In this document: piece by piece, positions 6,563 to 16,879 of the stretch
How positions within the stretch are numbered: the first letter of the stretch is position 1
Layout of the letters: each line of letters starts with the position of its first letter
DNA from: Pyrinomonadaceae bacterium
GTDB taxonomy: Bacteria > Acidobacteriota > Blastocatellia > Pyrinomonadales > Pyrinomonadaceae
Reading direction: 5' to 3'
NCBI GenBank assembly: GCA_050748285.1
Contig: JBOGOW010000001.1
Location: 1 to 29,219 of the forward strand
DNA length: 29,219 nt
Position numbers and translations under genes: made by a program
Notes under the pieces: generated by a model
Databases searched by the model: none
Seen by the model: the letters and a program-made list of their open reading frames with translations, nothing else
What the model was told of the DNA's origin: nothing

Positions 6563-9500
6563 TTATTTCGGTTCCGTGCCCCACCAGTATTGCGGGCCGA
6601 GGGGTTTGGGGGTTGGCCATAGTTGGTTTAGGGTGTCGCCTTCGAAGAGCTCGCCATTTTTCATAACGAAGCGAATGGTGTTTGTATTCTTGATATCGGC
6701 GAGTGGATTTGCGTCCATGATTATCAGGTCGGCGAGTTTGCCGTTTTCGATCGAGCCTACGTCCTGGTCGAGCCCGATCGCTTCGGCGCCAAAGATGGTC
6801 GCGACTTTGAGCGTGTCGTGGTTCGAAAGGCCGCCGGCCTGCATATTCCAGATTTCCCAATGCACCCCGATTCCCTGCATCTGCCCGTGACCGCCGATTC
6901 CGACGCGCCCGCCGGCTTTTACGACCTCGGCCGCGCCTCTTGCGATCGAGCCGTAATTGTATTCTTCGGGCGAGAACCACTGCGGCCGCCGACGCATCAT
7001 TCCGTTTACGAGTTCGCGCGGAATATAGCGTCCGAGTTTTTGGTTCTTCAAAACATCGGTTGTTTCGAACCAATGGTTTTCCGTCCACGGACTGCCGTAT
7101 GCGACGAGGATCGTCGGTGTGTAAAAGGTCTTCGTTTTCGCAACGAATTGAACGACATCGTTATAGATCGGCTGCAGCGGAAGGGCGTGTTCGCTGCCCG
7201 AATAGCCGTCGATCATCTGCGAAAGATCGAGCTTCATATCGAGCGCGCCTTCGGTCGTCGGCGTGATCTTGTTTTCGATGCAGGCCATCGCCACCAACTG
7301 CCGGACGCCGCGGTCGCCGACGACGTATTGCTTGAGCGTATCGGTTTTGTACGCGTCGCGGTAACGCTTTATGTAGTTGTTCACGGCGTCTTTATCATCG
7401 AGGCCGAGGCTCGAAAAAACGCCGGGGCCGGTCGTGAAAACGCGCGGGCCGAGTATCTCGCCGGTCTCGACAAGATCGGCATACGCGTAAACATCGGTGG
7501 TCGAACTCTGCGGGTCGCGGGTCGTCGTTACGCCATAAGCGAGATTCGCCAAATACTGCCAAACCTGATCCTGATGCAGGTCGCGCGGCGGCCACATATG
7601 CGCGTGGACATCGACAAAACCGGGAATGATGGTCTTGCCCGTAACATCGACGACCTTTGCTCCAGCTGGAATTGCAACCTTCCCTTTTGCGCCGACCGCT
7701 GCGATGCGGTTATCGGTGATCACGACGTCGCCGCGTTCGATAACCTCGTCGCCTTTCATCGTAACGATTCGCGCGCCGCTCAAAACGACCGTGCCTGCCG
7801 GTTTATGACGAGCGGTTGTAACATTGATGTCGAAGGTTTCGGGTTTGTCTTCGGCGATCGATTGGCGATAAAGCTTCGTTCCCCACGACCAGCTCACCGA
7901 TTTGCCGTCGGGTGCAAAATCGAGATAATCGCCGCCAAAGACCGACATTTTTTTGACCGGCAGATTCGAGGTTGGCGAACCAAGATTCACGTTCACAGTT
8001 TCGCGGCCCGAGCGCGGCAGCGTCACGATGTAATGTTTGCCCTGCAGTTCCAAAAACACCCGACTGCGGTCAGGCGAAATGTGCATTTCGCCTGCGGAGG
8101 GCTGCTGCGGGGGCGTGCCTTTTCCCGTGATGCGTGCGTGAACGCGGCGGTCGTAGCCATCGAGTCGAATCGAGACCAGCCCTTGGCCTGTCGTCAGATA
8201 AACGCGATTCGGATCATCGGAAAAATGCGGTTTTCGTCCGCCCTGTGCCGGTGCGATATGAACCATGTTGCCGCCGACCGCGGGAATGTATTTCAGGTCG
8301 GTTCCGGTCGAACCGCCGGAACCTGTGATCTCGCTCGCAACATCGCCTTTGTGTAAAATCTCTTCTTCGGGAGATGAGAATTGATGATCCTCGCGTATGT
8401 CCGCAAAAAGCTGATCGTCAACGGCGCCTGTGAGAAATACGATCTTCGAGCCGTCCGGGGAATACGATGGATACGCGTAATAAGCCGGTGAATTCGTCAA
8501 CCGTCTCGACGCACCACCATCCTGCGAAACTGCGTTAATGCTTCCGCCGGCCTGTGTCCACGTTACGTATGCAAGCGTCTTGCCGTCCGGCGACCAAGTC
8601 GGCATAAATTCACCATCCGTCGAGCTTGTAACGCGACGCGGCGTGCTGCTCGGCAAACCCATTACATACAGCTTGCTGAATGCGGTGAATGCGACTCGCT
8701 TTCCATCCGGCGAGATCGTCGGATAGCGGATGAGCCGCGCCGAAACCGTCGGCGAATCATCGACGCGATATTTGAAATAGGCGCGCTGCCCGATCTCGGC
8801 CTCGACATTAACGGTAAACGGAATGTTCGTTGCCTGTCCTGTGGCGAAATCGACTCGGACAACCTTGCCGTTTATCGGCACGATCAGCGAGCGGCCATCG
8901 GGCATAAAGTCGTAACCGGGATACGTGTCGCGCGTCGCACGCGATTCCTGATCGTCGCGGGTTACGTTATTTATCAGCCAGCGTTCCTGATTCGTTTCAA
9001 GATTGCGGACGCGGAGCGCCGTTTTGGTTTCGAAGCGTGTGGCGTAAACCAAATTTTTTCCTTCGGGCGAAAGCACGGGACGCATCGCACTTCCTTGGGC
9101 ATTTGTAATTCGTGAAGTTTCACCTGTGTCGCGGTCAAAACGAAGAACTTGCCAGAGCGGGAATTGGACGTTGTAGCCAAAGGCGCCAGTCCGCTGTGCA
9201 AAATAGATAAAGCGACCGTTTGGCGAAGCGACAAGGCCAATCGAATTCATACGCGGAGCCTGCGGGCCGGTCGAGCCCGGACCGGGAAGCGCCGGCGCCG
9301 GCGGGCCAATGCTTACGCCCGAACCGCCGTCCTTGTGATACATAAAAGGATAGAATGTGCCGATCGATTGGTCCGAACGCGAGACGATAATAAAGTTGCC
9401 GTCCTCGGTCCAATTCGGCGAGGCAAACATTGCATTCTTGCCCGATGTAACTGATTTAGGGTCTGTGCCATCGGCCTTCATCACCCAAACATTTTCCGCG

Positions 9501-9877
9501 CCGCTGCGGTCGCTGAGAAATGCGATCGTCTTGCCGTCCGGCGAATATTTCGGCTGGCTTTCGAATGCCATTCCGCCGACGATGCGAGTTGCCACGCCGC
9601 CTTCGACCGGCATTATGTAAATATCGCCAAGCATATCAAAGACTATCGACTTGCCGTCCGGCGATACGTCGAGCGACATCCACGTGCCCTCGTTTGTTGT
9701 AAATTTGATCGTTTCCGCAGCTTTTATCGGAAGCGGATCCGGTTTCTTTTCGTCTTTCTTCTCCTCTTTTTTCTCCTCATCCTTTTTCTCATCTTGTGCG
9801 AGAGCGGGAAGCGGAAGCGATACAAAAATTATCGCAAGAAGTGCAAAAAGCTTTCGTAAAGGGTCGGCAAAGCGCAT
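6563..9877 (-). CDS. Secreted amidohydrolase with N-terminal PD40/TolB-like beta-propeller repeats
   Basis: Signal peptide, multiple SPDGK repeats, IIPGFVDVHAH metal-binding HxH, GSIENGKLADL C-terminal motif; ATG 9877 with GAGGAG RBS. Confidence 0.9.
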   Translation of the reverse strand: MRFADPLRKLFALLAIIFVSLPLPALAQDEKKDEEKKEEKKDEKKPDPLPIKAAETIKFTTNEGTWMSLDVSPDGKSIVFDMLGDIYIMPVEGGVATRIVGGMAFESQPKYSPDGKTIAFLSDRSGAENVWVMKADGTDPKSVTSGKNAMFASPNWTEDGNFIIVSRSDQSIGTFYPFMYHKDGGSGVSIGPPAPALPGPGSTGPQAPRMNSIGLVASPNGRFIYFAQRTGAFGYNVQFPLWQVLRFDRDTGETSRITNAQGSAMRPVLSPEGKNLVYATRFETKTALRVRNLETNQERWLINNVTRDDQESRATRDTYPGYDFMPDGRSLIVPINGKVVRVDFATGQATNIPFTVNVEAEIGQRAYFKYRVDDSPTVSARLIRYPTISPDGKRVAFTAFSKLYVMGLPSSTPRRVTSSTDGEFMPTWSPDGKTLAYVTWTQAGGSINAVSQDGGASRRLTNSPAYYAYPSYSPDGSKIVFLTGAVDDQLFADIREDHQFSSPEEEILHKGDVASEITGSGGSTGTDLKYIPAVGGNMVHIAPAQGGRKPHFSDDPNRVYLTTGQGLVSIRLDGYDRRVHARITGKGTPPQQPSAGEMHISPDRSRVFLELQGKHYIVTLPRSGRETVNVNLGSPTSNLPVKKMSVFGGDYLDFAPDGKSVSWSWGTKLYRQSIAEDKPETFDINVTTARHKPAGTVVLSGARIVTMKGDEVIERGDVVITDNRIAAVGAKGKVAIPAGAKVVDVTGKTIIPGFVDVHAHMWPPRDLHQDQVWQYLANLAYGVTTTRDPQSSTTDVYAYADLVETGEILGPRVFTTGPGVFSSLGLDDKDAVNNYIKRYRDAYKTDTLKQYVVGDRGVRQLVAMACIENKITPTTEGALDMKLDLSQMIDGYSGSEHALPLQPIYNDVVQFVAKTKTFYTPTILVAYGSPWTENHWFETTDVLKNQKLGRYIPRELVNGMMRRRPQWFSPEEYNYGSIARGAAEVVKAGGRVGIGGHGQMQGIGVHWEIWNMQAGGLSNHDTLKVATIFGAEAIGLDQDVGSIENGKLADLIIMDANPLADIKNTNTIRFVMKNGELFEGDTLNQLWPTPKPLGPQYWWGTEPK

Positions 9878-10076
9878 ATTTTCTCCTCGGTGTTTGGACG
9901 AATTTTGAGTTTTGAAAAGTGTAACCGATTTGAAATACGCAGGGCAAGGATGGGAGGTTTCAGAGGATTGACCAAAATTCACGAACGGTCAAATATGACT
10001 GGAAATACTGTCTTAACAATCAAGTGCAAAAAATGTGCGAGATTTTCGCAAAAAAAAGCGATGGTGAACGAGACGT

Positions 10077-11225
10077 TTACCTCTCCAGTCGGACCATGCC
10101 CGAGATGGTCGGCGGCACAGGTTTTTGCTCCTTTTCTTTTACGACATACGTCGTCTTTGAACGCACTACTACGCCGGGACGCGCGACCTTTATTTGTATC
10201 TGCTTGCGGTCGCCGGGCTGACCTTCGTCGTTCGAATAATAACCAACTGAGTATTGCCGTCGAAGTTCTTCGGCAACGCCGGAAAATGCGGTTTCAAGAT
10301 TCGTGAGCGTGTCGGAATCAAACAAGCGCCCGCCGCTGTTTTCGGCTAGGGCCGCGAGGAAAGTGCGACCGCGTTCGTGCTCCGCAGGACTTGAACCCCG
10401 GCCGCGGAAAGCCATAGGCGAAGCTGTTCGCAGCAACGAAGCTTTAGCCTGAGGCGGCAGCTTTTCCCAAACGGCCGGATCGATTCCCATCGGCGGGCCG
10501 CCTCCGCCTTCCAACGTGTTATACCGGATCGGATATATCAATGCATCGATCTCTTCGACGCCGGCGATCGAACTTTCGTAGCTTGCCAATCGTGACGTAG
10601 TATCGACGCCGTCCGTAAAGATCACGATCGCCTTTCTGCCGGACGCGGTGATCACGTCCGAATTCGATATTAAATCTACGGCGTCATACAGGCTGGTGCC
10701 GCTGCCGAAATTTGCCTTGTAAATCGCAGAATAAAGCAGCTGCTTGTCTGACGTCGGTTCGCAAAGCAGCTTTACGCGCGAATCGAATGCGACGACCATC
10801 ACCTTATCCGCAGGCCGCAGCTGATTGACGAATGTGATCGCGGCAAAATGTATCTCGTCGATCTTGTATCGCGTCGATGGGCTCGTGTCGATCATCAACA
10901 CGACCGTAAACGGCTGTTCTTCGCTCTGAAACAGCTCGATGTTCTGCTGAACTCCATCCTCAAAGATCTTGAAATCTTTCTTCTTTAATCCCGGAATGAA
11001 TCGGCCATTGCGGTCGAGAACCGAAACCGGCGTCGTGATCAAATTGGTTTCCACTGTTACGACCTCAGCCTCTTCGGTCGGCGGTTTTGTAGATTGTGGA
11101 GTTTTTGCCTTAGTCCTGCTTGCCGGCGGGCGCTTCGCAGGCGTTGTTTTACGGCCGCGTGTTTGCGACACCACGAATACGGAAGAGATACATATTATTA
11201 AGATGAATAAAAAAATACGGGGCAT
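10077..11225 (-). CDS. VWA domain protein (VWFA-related Acidobacterial type)
   Basis: Signal peptide, V.V.D.NGRFI.GL...DF.IFEDG, MIDAS DTSPS, GTSLYDA, FTDGVD, ELR.QYS.GY; ATG 11225 with AAGGAGG RBS. Confidence 0.9.
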   Translation of the reverse strand: MPRIFLFILIICISSVFVVSQTRGRKTTPAKRPPASRTKAKTPQSTKPPTEEAEVVTVETNLITTPVSVLDRNGRFIPGLKKKDFKIFEDGVQQNIELFQSEEQPFTVVLMIDTSPSTRYKIDEIHFAAITFVNQLRPADKVMVVAFDSRVKLLCEPTSDKQLLYSAIYKANFGSGTSLYDAVDLISNSDVITASGRKAIVIFTDGVDTTSRLASYESSIAGVEEIDALIYPIRYNTLEGGGGPPMGIDPAVWEKLPPQAKASLLRTASPMAFRGRGSSPAEHERGRTFLAALAENSGGRLFDSDTLTNLETAFSGVAEELRRQYSVGYYSNDEGQPGDRKQIQIKVARPGVVVRSKTTYVVKEKEQKPVPPTISGMVRLER

Positions 11226-11581
11226 GATCGATCCTCCTTGCAAAAAGAAAACTCGGAAAATATTTGAAAACGCACGGGCGCAGTCCACAGCCGATACGCG
11301 AGCGGTGCGCTCGTTTTGGAGAGGCTTGCAGCGATTTTGGCACTTCAGCACTGCGTCAAACAAAAAAGGCGTTAAGAAAATTATTGCGTCACAAACGGAA
11401 AACACCGCCGAATGCCGAATAGTGACGTATTAGGAATTAGACGCTCGAAATTAGCAAAAGGTTACGCTTGCCGGCGCGAATTTCGTTCCTTTTTTATCGA
11501 AACTGATATGTACGCGCAATCGACACATCGCAAATATATGTCGATAAAATCGCAAAACATCGACATATCCCGAATATTGCC

Positions 11582-11724
11582 GTGTCCGTAGCCCGCACGT
11601 AAGTAAGGCTCTCTCATCAAGAAAGTCCGCCAATATCAACAGATTCTTGTAATCGCCAGGTCGTTGTTAAATTCAGGTTTCGACTTATCGAGAGAGCCCT
11701 TACTCACGTGCGGGCTACTGACAC
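11582..11724. repeat. REP family B inverted pair (REPIN-like)
   Basis: gtgtccgtagcccgcacgtaagtaaggctctctc (11582-11615) / gagagagcccttactcacgtgcgggctactgacac (11690-11724), directly downstream of the EAL gene stop. Confidence 0.88.
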
Positions 11725-11731
11725 CAGTGTT

Positions 11732-14416
11732 CTATGCGATGACAGTCGCGTAGCGATTCAGAAGAAATTCGTCCATATCGCCGACGCTCAGCGGTTTTGC
11801 AAAATGAAAGCCTTGGCCGGCTTCGCAGCCAAGTGTTTGAAGTTCGCATATCTGTTCCGGGTGTTCGATGCCTTCGGCGATCGTTCTAAGGTTTAGCGAA
11901 TCGCCCATCATTATTATCGCTTTCGTAACGGCGTTGCCCTCGCTGCCTTGGCCGAGTTTGTCGATAAACGATTTGTCGATCTTGAGAATATCTATTGGGA
12001 ATCGCTGCAGGTAACTGAGGCTCGAATATCCGGTGCCGAAATCATCGATCGCAAGGCGAATGCCGAGCTTCTTCAATTCGTGCAGCTTTGCGATGGTTGA
12101 TTCAGTATCCTGCATCATAAAGCTTTCGGTGATCTCTAGGATCAAGGCACCGGGCGGTAATCCGGAGTTTTCCAAGGCGCTGCTCACCATTTCTAGAAGT
12201 GTTTTCTGTTGAAACTGTCGGATCGAGATGTTCACTGTAACGGAAGTTTCCAGATTCCCAATGTAATCTTCGCGCCATGTCTGCACCTGGCGACACGCCT
12301 CGCCCAATATCCATTCACCAAGCGGGACGATCAGATTTGTTTCCTCGGCAAGCGGTATGAACGTCATCGGCGGCAGCATGCCCAAACGCGGATGCATCCA
12401 TCGTACGAGTGCTTCCATCCCGAGCATTTCATTCGAACCAAGATCGAGGATCGGCTGATAGTGAATGACGAATTCCTCTTCGTCTATCCCGCGACGAAGG
12501 TCGTCTTCAAGCTCGATGCGTTCCATCAATGCCGCGTGCATTTTTTGCTCGAATACGACGAATTTACCCTTGCCCTGGCTTTTCGCCATATACATCGCGA
12601 GGTCGGCATTTCGCAGAAGTTCTTCAGAACTTAGCGCCTCGTTCGAAGCTGAAGCGATGCCGATGCTTGTCCCGACAAAGATCTCTTTTCCTTCGATGAT
12701 AAACGATTGTTTGAAGACGTTGAGAATGCGTTCGGCGATCATCTCCGCTTCGTCAAGGCGGAACATTGCCTCGACGAGCAAGGCGAATTCATCGCCGCCA
12801 AGACGTGCAGCCGTGTCGGCGCTGCGCAGGCAGTCCTGAAGTCGTTCGGCTACGGAGATCAATAGCTTGTCGCCAACCGCGTGGCCTAATGAATCGTTTA
12901 TCGCTTTAAAGTTATCAAGGTCGAGGAAAAGCACGCCGAGTGACAAATTATTTCGTTCCAGCTTTGTCAAAGCATGATCCACGCGATCCTTGAAGAGAGC
13001 GCGGTTAGCGATATTCGTGAGCGGATCGTGAAGAGCCTGATGGGTCAATTGCTCTTCCAGCGATTTGCGTTCCGTCACGTCCATCATCGAACCGAGCATT
13101 CTGATCGGCGTCCCTGCCACATCGTGAACTAAATATCCGCGGTCGATAACAAAGGCATACGTGCCGTCGGCGCGCATGAATCGATATTCATCCTGCCAGT
13201 TTGTTTTCCCGCTGTCTATATGCCTTTTGATGTCGTTCACGACGCGATCTGCATCGTCGGGATGAAGCCGCTTTTCCCACGCGTCCAGCCCTTCGCCGAT
13301 TTCCTCGAGCTTGTAGCCAAACATCTTTTGAAAACCTTCATTCCACCAAATTTCGTCTGTGGAAAGGTCCCAATCCCAAACGGCGTCGCTGGTGGCGCGT
13401 GCAACAAGTTCAAAACGCTCTTTGCTGAGCCTTAGCTCGTCCTCAGCCCGCTTTCGTTCTATCGCAAGAGCTATTTGGTCGGCAACGGAAGTAAGCAGTT
13501 CGACGTCGCGAATGGAATATGTATTGGAATTTTCGTAATCCTGAACGACCAAAACACCTATCGCGCACGTCGGCGTCTTTAACGGAACGCCGAGCCATAT
13601 CGGCGAATCGGTACCGACGGATTCGACCTCGCGGCGATCGATAAGTTTCTTCACATCGGCCGAAGTGAAGAGCATCGAACGGCCCTGCCGAAAAACATAA
13701 GCGCTCAAACTTCGTCCGACTTTGACGGGCGGCGGCATCGGATCGTACTTATCGACCCAAAACTGCATTGAAAGCATTTCAGTTTCCGGGTCGAACAGCG
13801 CAACAAAGAAATTTTCCGCATATACGATCTTTTTGATCGCTCGGTGAATAAGCTCAAAGAGTTCCTCGAGGTTTGCGGTCGATGCGGCGCCGTGAATTAT
13901 CCTGGAGATGGCGCGCGATTCTGCCTCAAGCCGCTTGCGTTTTGTAACATCGCGTGCGACGCAAACTAATTTGTACAAATCCGCGCCGCGATCACGCAGA
14001 GAAGTCGTTGAAACCGAAACGGGAAACGTGCTTCCGTCTTTGCGACGAATTCGAATCTCGAAGCGGTTCCCAAGTATGCTTGTGTGCAGCGAACGCTTAA
14101 AGATCTTGTTGAAAAAACGACGATTGTGAGTCAATACTTCGACCGAACTGCCGACAAGCTCGTCTTCCGAATAACCGGTCATTTCGAGCGTTGCCGGGTT
14201 TACGAGTTCGATGCGCGCATCTTCGCCGATGATCAGGATCGCGTCGTTAATAGAATTGAAAACGGTGTCGCCAATGCTTTGCTCATTCGAGATGCCACGG
14301 GCAGTCTCAAGCGGTAAAAGTGAATAGCCTGAATTGTTGAAATCGATCGTTTCTGCGGGCGGGACGAAATTTTTGGCGACGGGATCGCCTGCTGCGCTGA
14401 GAGGTGTTATTTCCAT
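11732..14416 (-). CDS. PAS-GAF-PAS-GGDEF-EAL diguanylate cyclase/phosphodiesterase
   Basis: PAS/PAC motifs, GAF (WLGVPL), intact ARLGGDEF with RSAD I-site five residues upstream, EALVRW and DDFGTGYSSL. Confidence 0.95.
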   Translation of the reverse strand: MEITPLSAAGDPVAKNFVPPAETIDFNNSGYSLLPLETARGISNEQSIGDTVFNSINDAILIIGEDARIELVNPATLEMTGYSEDELVGSSVEVLTHNRRFFNKIFKRSLHTSILGNRFEIRIRRKDGSTFPVSVSTTSLRDRGADLYKLVCVARDVTKRKRLEAESRAISRIIHGAASTANLEELFELIHRAIKKIVYAENFFVALFDPETEMLSMQFWVDKYDPMPPPVKVGRSLSAYVFRQGRSMLFTSADVKKLIDRREVESVGTDSPIWLGVPLKTPTCAIGVLVVQDYENSNTYSIRDVELLTSVADQIALAIERKRAEDELRLSKERFELVARATSDAVWDWDLSTDEIWWNEGFQKMFGYKLEEIGEGLDAWEKRLHPDDADRVVNDIKRHIDSGKTNWQDEYRFMRADGTYAFVIDRGYLVHDVAGTPIRMLGSMMDVTERKSLEEQLTHQALHDPLTNIANRALFKDRVDHALTKLERNNLSLGVLFLDLDNFKAINDSLGHAVGDKLLISVAERLQDCLRSADTAARLGGDEFALLVEAMFRLDEAEMIAERILNVFKQSFIIEGKEIFVGTSIGIASASNEALSSEELLRNADLAMYMAKSQGKGKFVVFEQKMHAALMERIELEDDLRRGIDEEEFVIHYQPILDLGSNEMLGMEALVRWMHPRLGMLPPMTFIPLAEETNLIVPLGEWILGEACRQVQTWREDYIGNLETSVTVNISIRQFQQKTLLEMVSSALENSGLPPGALILEITESFMMQDTESTIAKLHELKKLGIRLAIDDFGTGYSSLSYLQRFPIDILKIDKSFIDKLGQGSEGNAVTKAIIMMGDSLNLRTIAEGIEHPEQICELQTLGCEAGQGFHFAKPLSVGDMDEFLLNRYATVIA

Positions 14417-14619
14417 TTCCAATGGGAGGCTTCAAGAAAGCCCTGTCTAAATTTGTGTCAAACCGGAGATTTCACTAAAAAAGGCAGGCACTTGTGACGA
14501 ACCGCCGGAAAAGCGAGGTCAATAGCAATAATGGATTAAACAATGTTTAATTGTCAAGAAAAAAGGAGCGGTTGTTGTTCAGTGAACTCGAGACGCGAAT
14601 CAACTATAATCGAATTGAA

Positions 14620-16062
14620 ATGGACGTTATCAATGTAATAGGCGGCGGATTGGCCGGGGCTGAGGCTGCTTGGCAGGCAGCGGAACTGGGTGCAAAAGTG
14701 CGACTTTTTGAAATGCGGCCGGTTCAGCAAACGCCCGCTCATCGAACGGATAAGCTGGCCGAGATAGTCTGCTCGAATTCGCTAAAAACGGACGAACCGG
14801 GTTCGGCACCTTATCTTCTAAAAGAAGAATTGCGTCGCGGCGGCTCACTCGTTATGGAAGCGGCGGCGGCAACCCGCGTTCCGGCAGGTGCGGCGTTATC
14901 AGTTGACCGGATCAAGTTCGCGGAACTTATCACGGAACGCATCGTGGCACATCCGAACATTGAGATCGTCCGGGAAGAAGTTAGGGCGATCGACCTCGGA
15001 CGGAGCGTGGACACTCCTGTCCGCTTGAGTGCGAAGCACGAAAACGAAGCCGGCAATATGGTCACTTCGGACGAAGCGGGCGACGATGCTGACAAGAGTG
15101 TCCGCACTCCGACGATCATCGCCACAGGGCCGCTTACTTCGGAAGCCCTCACCGAAGACATAATGCGATTTACCGGCGGCGACCAGCTTTATTTTTACGA
15201 CGCGATCGCGCCGATTATTGCGGCGGATTCGATTGATATGTCAATCGCGTTCAAAGCCGCGCGGTATGATAAAGGCGGCGACGATTACATAAATTGTCCG
15301 ATGGATCGCGTGCGTTACGAGCATTTTATCAGCGAAGTGCTGGAAGCAAAATCGGTTCCGCTAAAGCGTTTTGAAGACACGCATTGGTTCGAGAGCTGCT
15401 TACCGATAGAAGAGATCGTCCGCCGTGGGCCCGAAACTTTACGCTTTGGCCCGATGAAGCCAAAAGGCCTGCGGCATCCGAAAACGGGCGAGGAACCGTA
15501 TGCCTGCGTCCAGCTCCGACAGGAAAACCTGATGGCCGACTCATACGGAATGGTTGGTTTTCAGAATCATCTTCGATACGGCGAACAGGCGCGAGTTTTG
15601 CGTTTGATCCCAGGCTTGGAAAACGCCGAATTTTTGCAATTTGGGCAAATCCACCGCAATACATTTATCAATTCGCCAAAGATCTTGAATGAAACCCTCG
15701 CAACGCGAACAAACCCGAACTTATTTTTCGCCGGCCAGATCACCGGCGTCGAAGGCTACGTCGAATCCGTCGCCACCGGCTGGCTCGCCGGAATAAATGC
15801 CGTTCGCGTATCGCGTAATCAGCCACTAATCACTGCACCGCAAACCTCGGCCATCGGGGCCCTTTGCCGTTACGTCTCAAACGTCGAAACAAAAAATTTT
15901 CAACCGGTCAATATCACGTTCGGCCTGCTCGAACCGCTCCCCGTCGAACTAAGAAAAAAACACCGCAACAAACGCGAACGGCACATCGTTCAGGTCGAAA
16001 GAGCGTTGAAAGATTGGGATGAATGGCTAAACAAATCTGTCCGTTTCGCAAACGCACTTTAG
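14620..16062 (+). CDS. trmFO: Folate/FAD-dependent tRNA (uracil-54) methyltransferase TrmFO
   Basis: VIGGGLAG.EAA FAD motif, EIVCSNS, IIATGPLTS, FE.CLPIE, LRFGPMKP.GL, FAGQITGVEGYVES; start ATG 14620. Confidence 0.96.
   Translation: MDVINVIGGGLAGAEAAWQAAELGAKVRLFEMRPVQQTPAHRTDKLAEIVCSNSLKTDEPGSAPYLLKEELRRGGSLVMEAAAATRVPAGAALSVDRIKFAELITERIVAHPNIEIVREEVRAIDLGRSVDTPVRLSAKHENEAGNMVTSDEAGDDADKSVRTPTIIATGPLTSEALTEDIMRFTGGDQLYFYDAIAPIIAADSIDMSIAFKAARYDKGGDDYINCPMDRVRYEHFISEVLEAKSVPLKRFEDTHWFESCLPIEEIVRRGPETLRFGPMKPKGLRHPKTGEEPYACVQLRQENLMADSYGMVGFQNHLRYGEQARVLRLIPGLENAEFLQFGQIHRNTFINSPKILNETLATRTNPNLFFAGQITGVEGYVESVATGWLAGINAVRVSRNQPLITAPQTSAIGALCRYVSNVETKNFQPVNITFGLLEPLPVELRKKHRNKRERHIVQVERALKDWDEWLNKSVRFANAL
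15002..15110. repeat. REP family A inverted pair inserted in frame in trmFO
   Basis: ggagcgtggacactcctgtccgc (15002-15024) ... gctgacaagagtgtccgcactcc (15088-15110); encodes RSVDTPVR...ADKSVRTP. Confidence 0.9.
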
Positions 16063-16100
16063 GTTTCGCGGGTGGTTTGGATAGAGTAGAATAAGAAGAA

Positions 16101-16343
16101 ATGAATTGGCCGCCGTTAAAATTCTTGCACACTGGAAGCTCTTTGATCGAATTGAAACTCGAATATTTTAGCCGAGTCTCAACTGAAGATTTGATCGAAT
16201 CTTTAGAACCGGAAAAAGTGAACGCATTGAAGGTGAAATCTGACGGAACGATAATGGATGGACATCATCGAATCAAAGTTTTACGCGAACGCGATATTAA
16301 TGTTGATGAACTCCCGCGTGAGATTTGGGAAAGAATAGAATGA
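16101..16343 (+). CDS. Small stand-alone ParB/sulfiredoxin-like domain protein
   Basis: 80 aa with L..SL....L.V...G.IMDGHHR..VL, the ParB-N/Srx signature. Confidence 0.7.
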   Translation: MNWPPLKFLHTGSSLIELKLEYFSRVSTEDLIESLEPEKVNALKVKSDGTIMDGHHRIKVLRERDINVDELPREIWERIE

Positions 16344-16846
16344 TTGCCGAAGTTTATTGGACACATGAGAAATTTCCCGGTCGCATTGCCTTAGTAGCTC
16401 GTCCGCGTGGTGGCGAATGGCTCAAGGACGAGGCCGCAGCGTGGGCCGAAGCAGGTCTTGATACCATCGTCTCGATGCTGGATGACGAAGAAATTAAGGC
16501 ATTTGAACTCCAGCTTGAAGCCGAATTTTGCGCTAAAAGCGGAATCGAATTTTTTTCATTCCCGGTTAAAGATAGAGGCGTTCCCGAATTGAACCAAGAG
16601 TTTCGCGCACTGACCGAAAGATTAAAGGCTTCGCTTTTGAAAGGCCAAAATATTGGAATTCACTGTCGGCAAAGCATTGGACGAGCTCCTTTTCTGGCAG
16701 CGGTTTTGATGACAATGTTTGGTATTGAACCAAAAGAAAGTTTTCGCCAACTTGGTTTCGCGAGAGGTGTTAGAGTCCCCGAAACTCCCGAACAAAGAGA
16801 ATTGGTTGAACGATTTGCCGAAGAATTTGCGGCAGCTCCAGCATGA
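16340..16846 (+). CDS. Cys-based dual-specificity/tyrosine protein phosphatase
   Basis: FPVKD acid loop, HCRQSIGR (CX5R) P-loop, R...VPETPEQ; ATGA overlap with the upstream gene. Confidence 0.88.
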   Translation: MIAEVYWTHEKFPGRIALVARPRGGEWLKDEAAAWAEAGLDTIVSMLDDEEIKAFELQLEAEFCAKSGIEFFSFPVKDRGVPELNQEFRALTERLKASLLKGQNIGIHCRQSIGRAPFLAAVLMTMFGIEPKESFRQLGFARGVRVPETPEQRELVERFAEEFAAAPA

Positions 16847-16879
16847 TGTTTTTGGTCGTTTCAGTGACTTAAATTTTTT

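Noticed and set aside
6818..8356. 512-aa plus-strand ORF (and similar antisense ORFs at 17996-18826, 21940-22671, 26279-26896)
   Set aside because: Antisense shadows of well-supported genes, typical of GC-rich codon usage; no recognisable motifs.
14423..14550. c-di-GMP riboswitch upstream of the GGDEF-EAL gene
   Set aside because: No GEMM-type conserved elements could be recognised on either strand.
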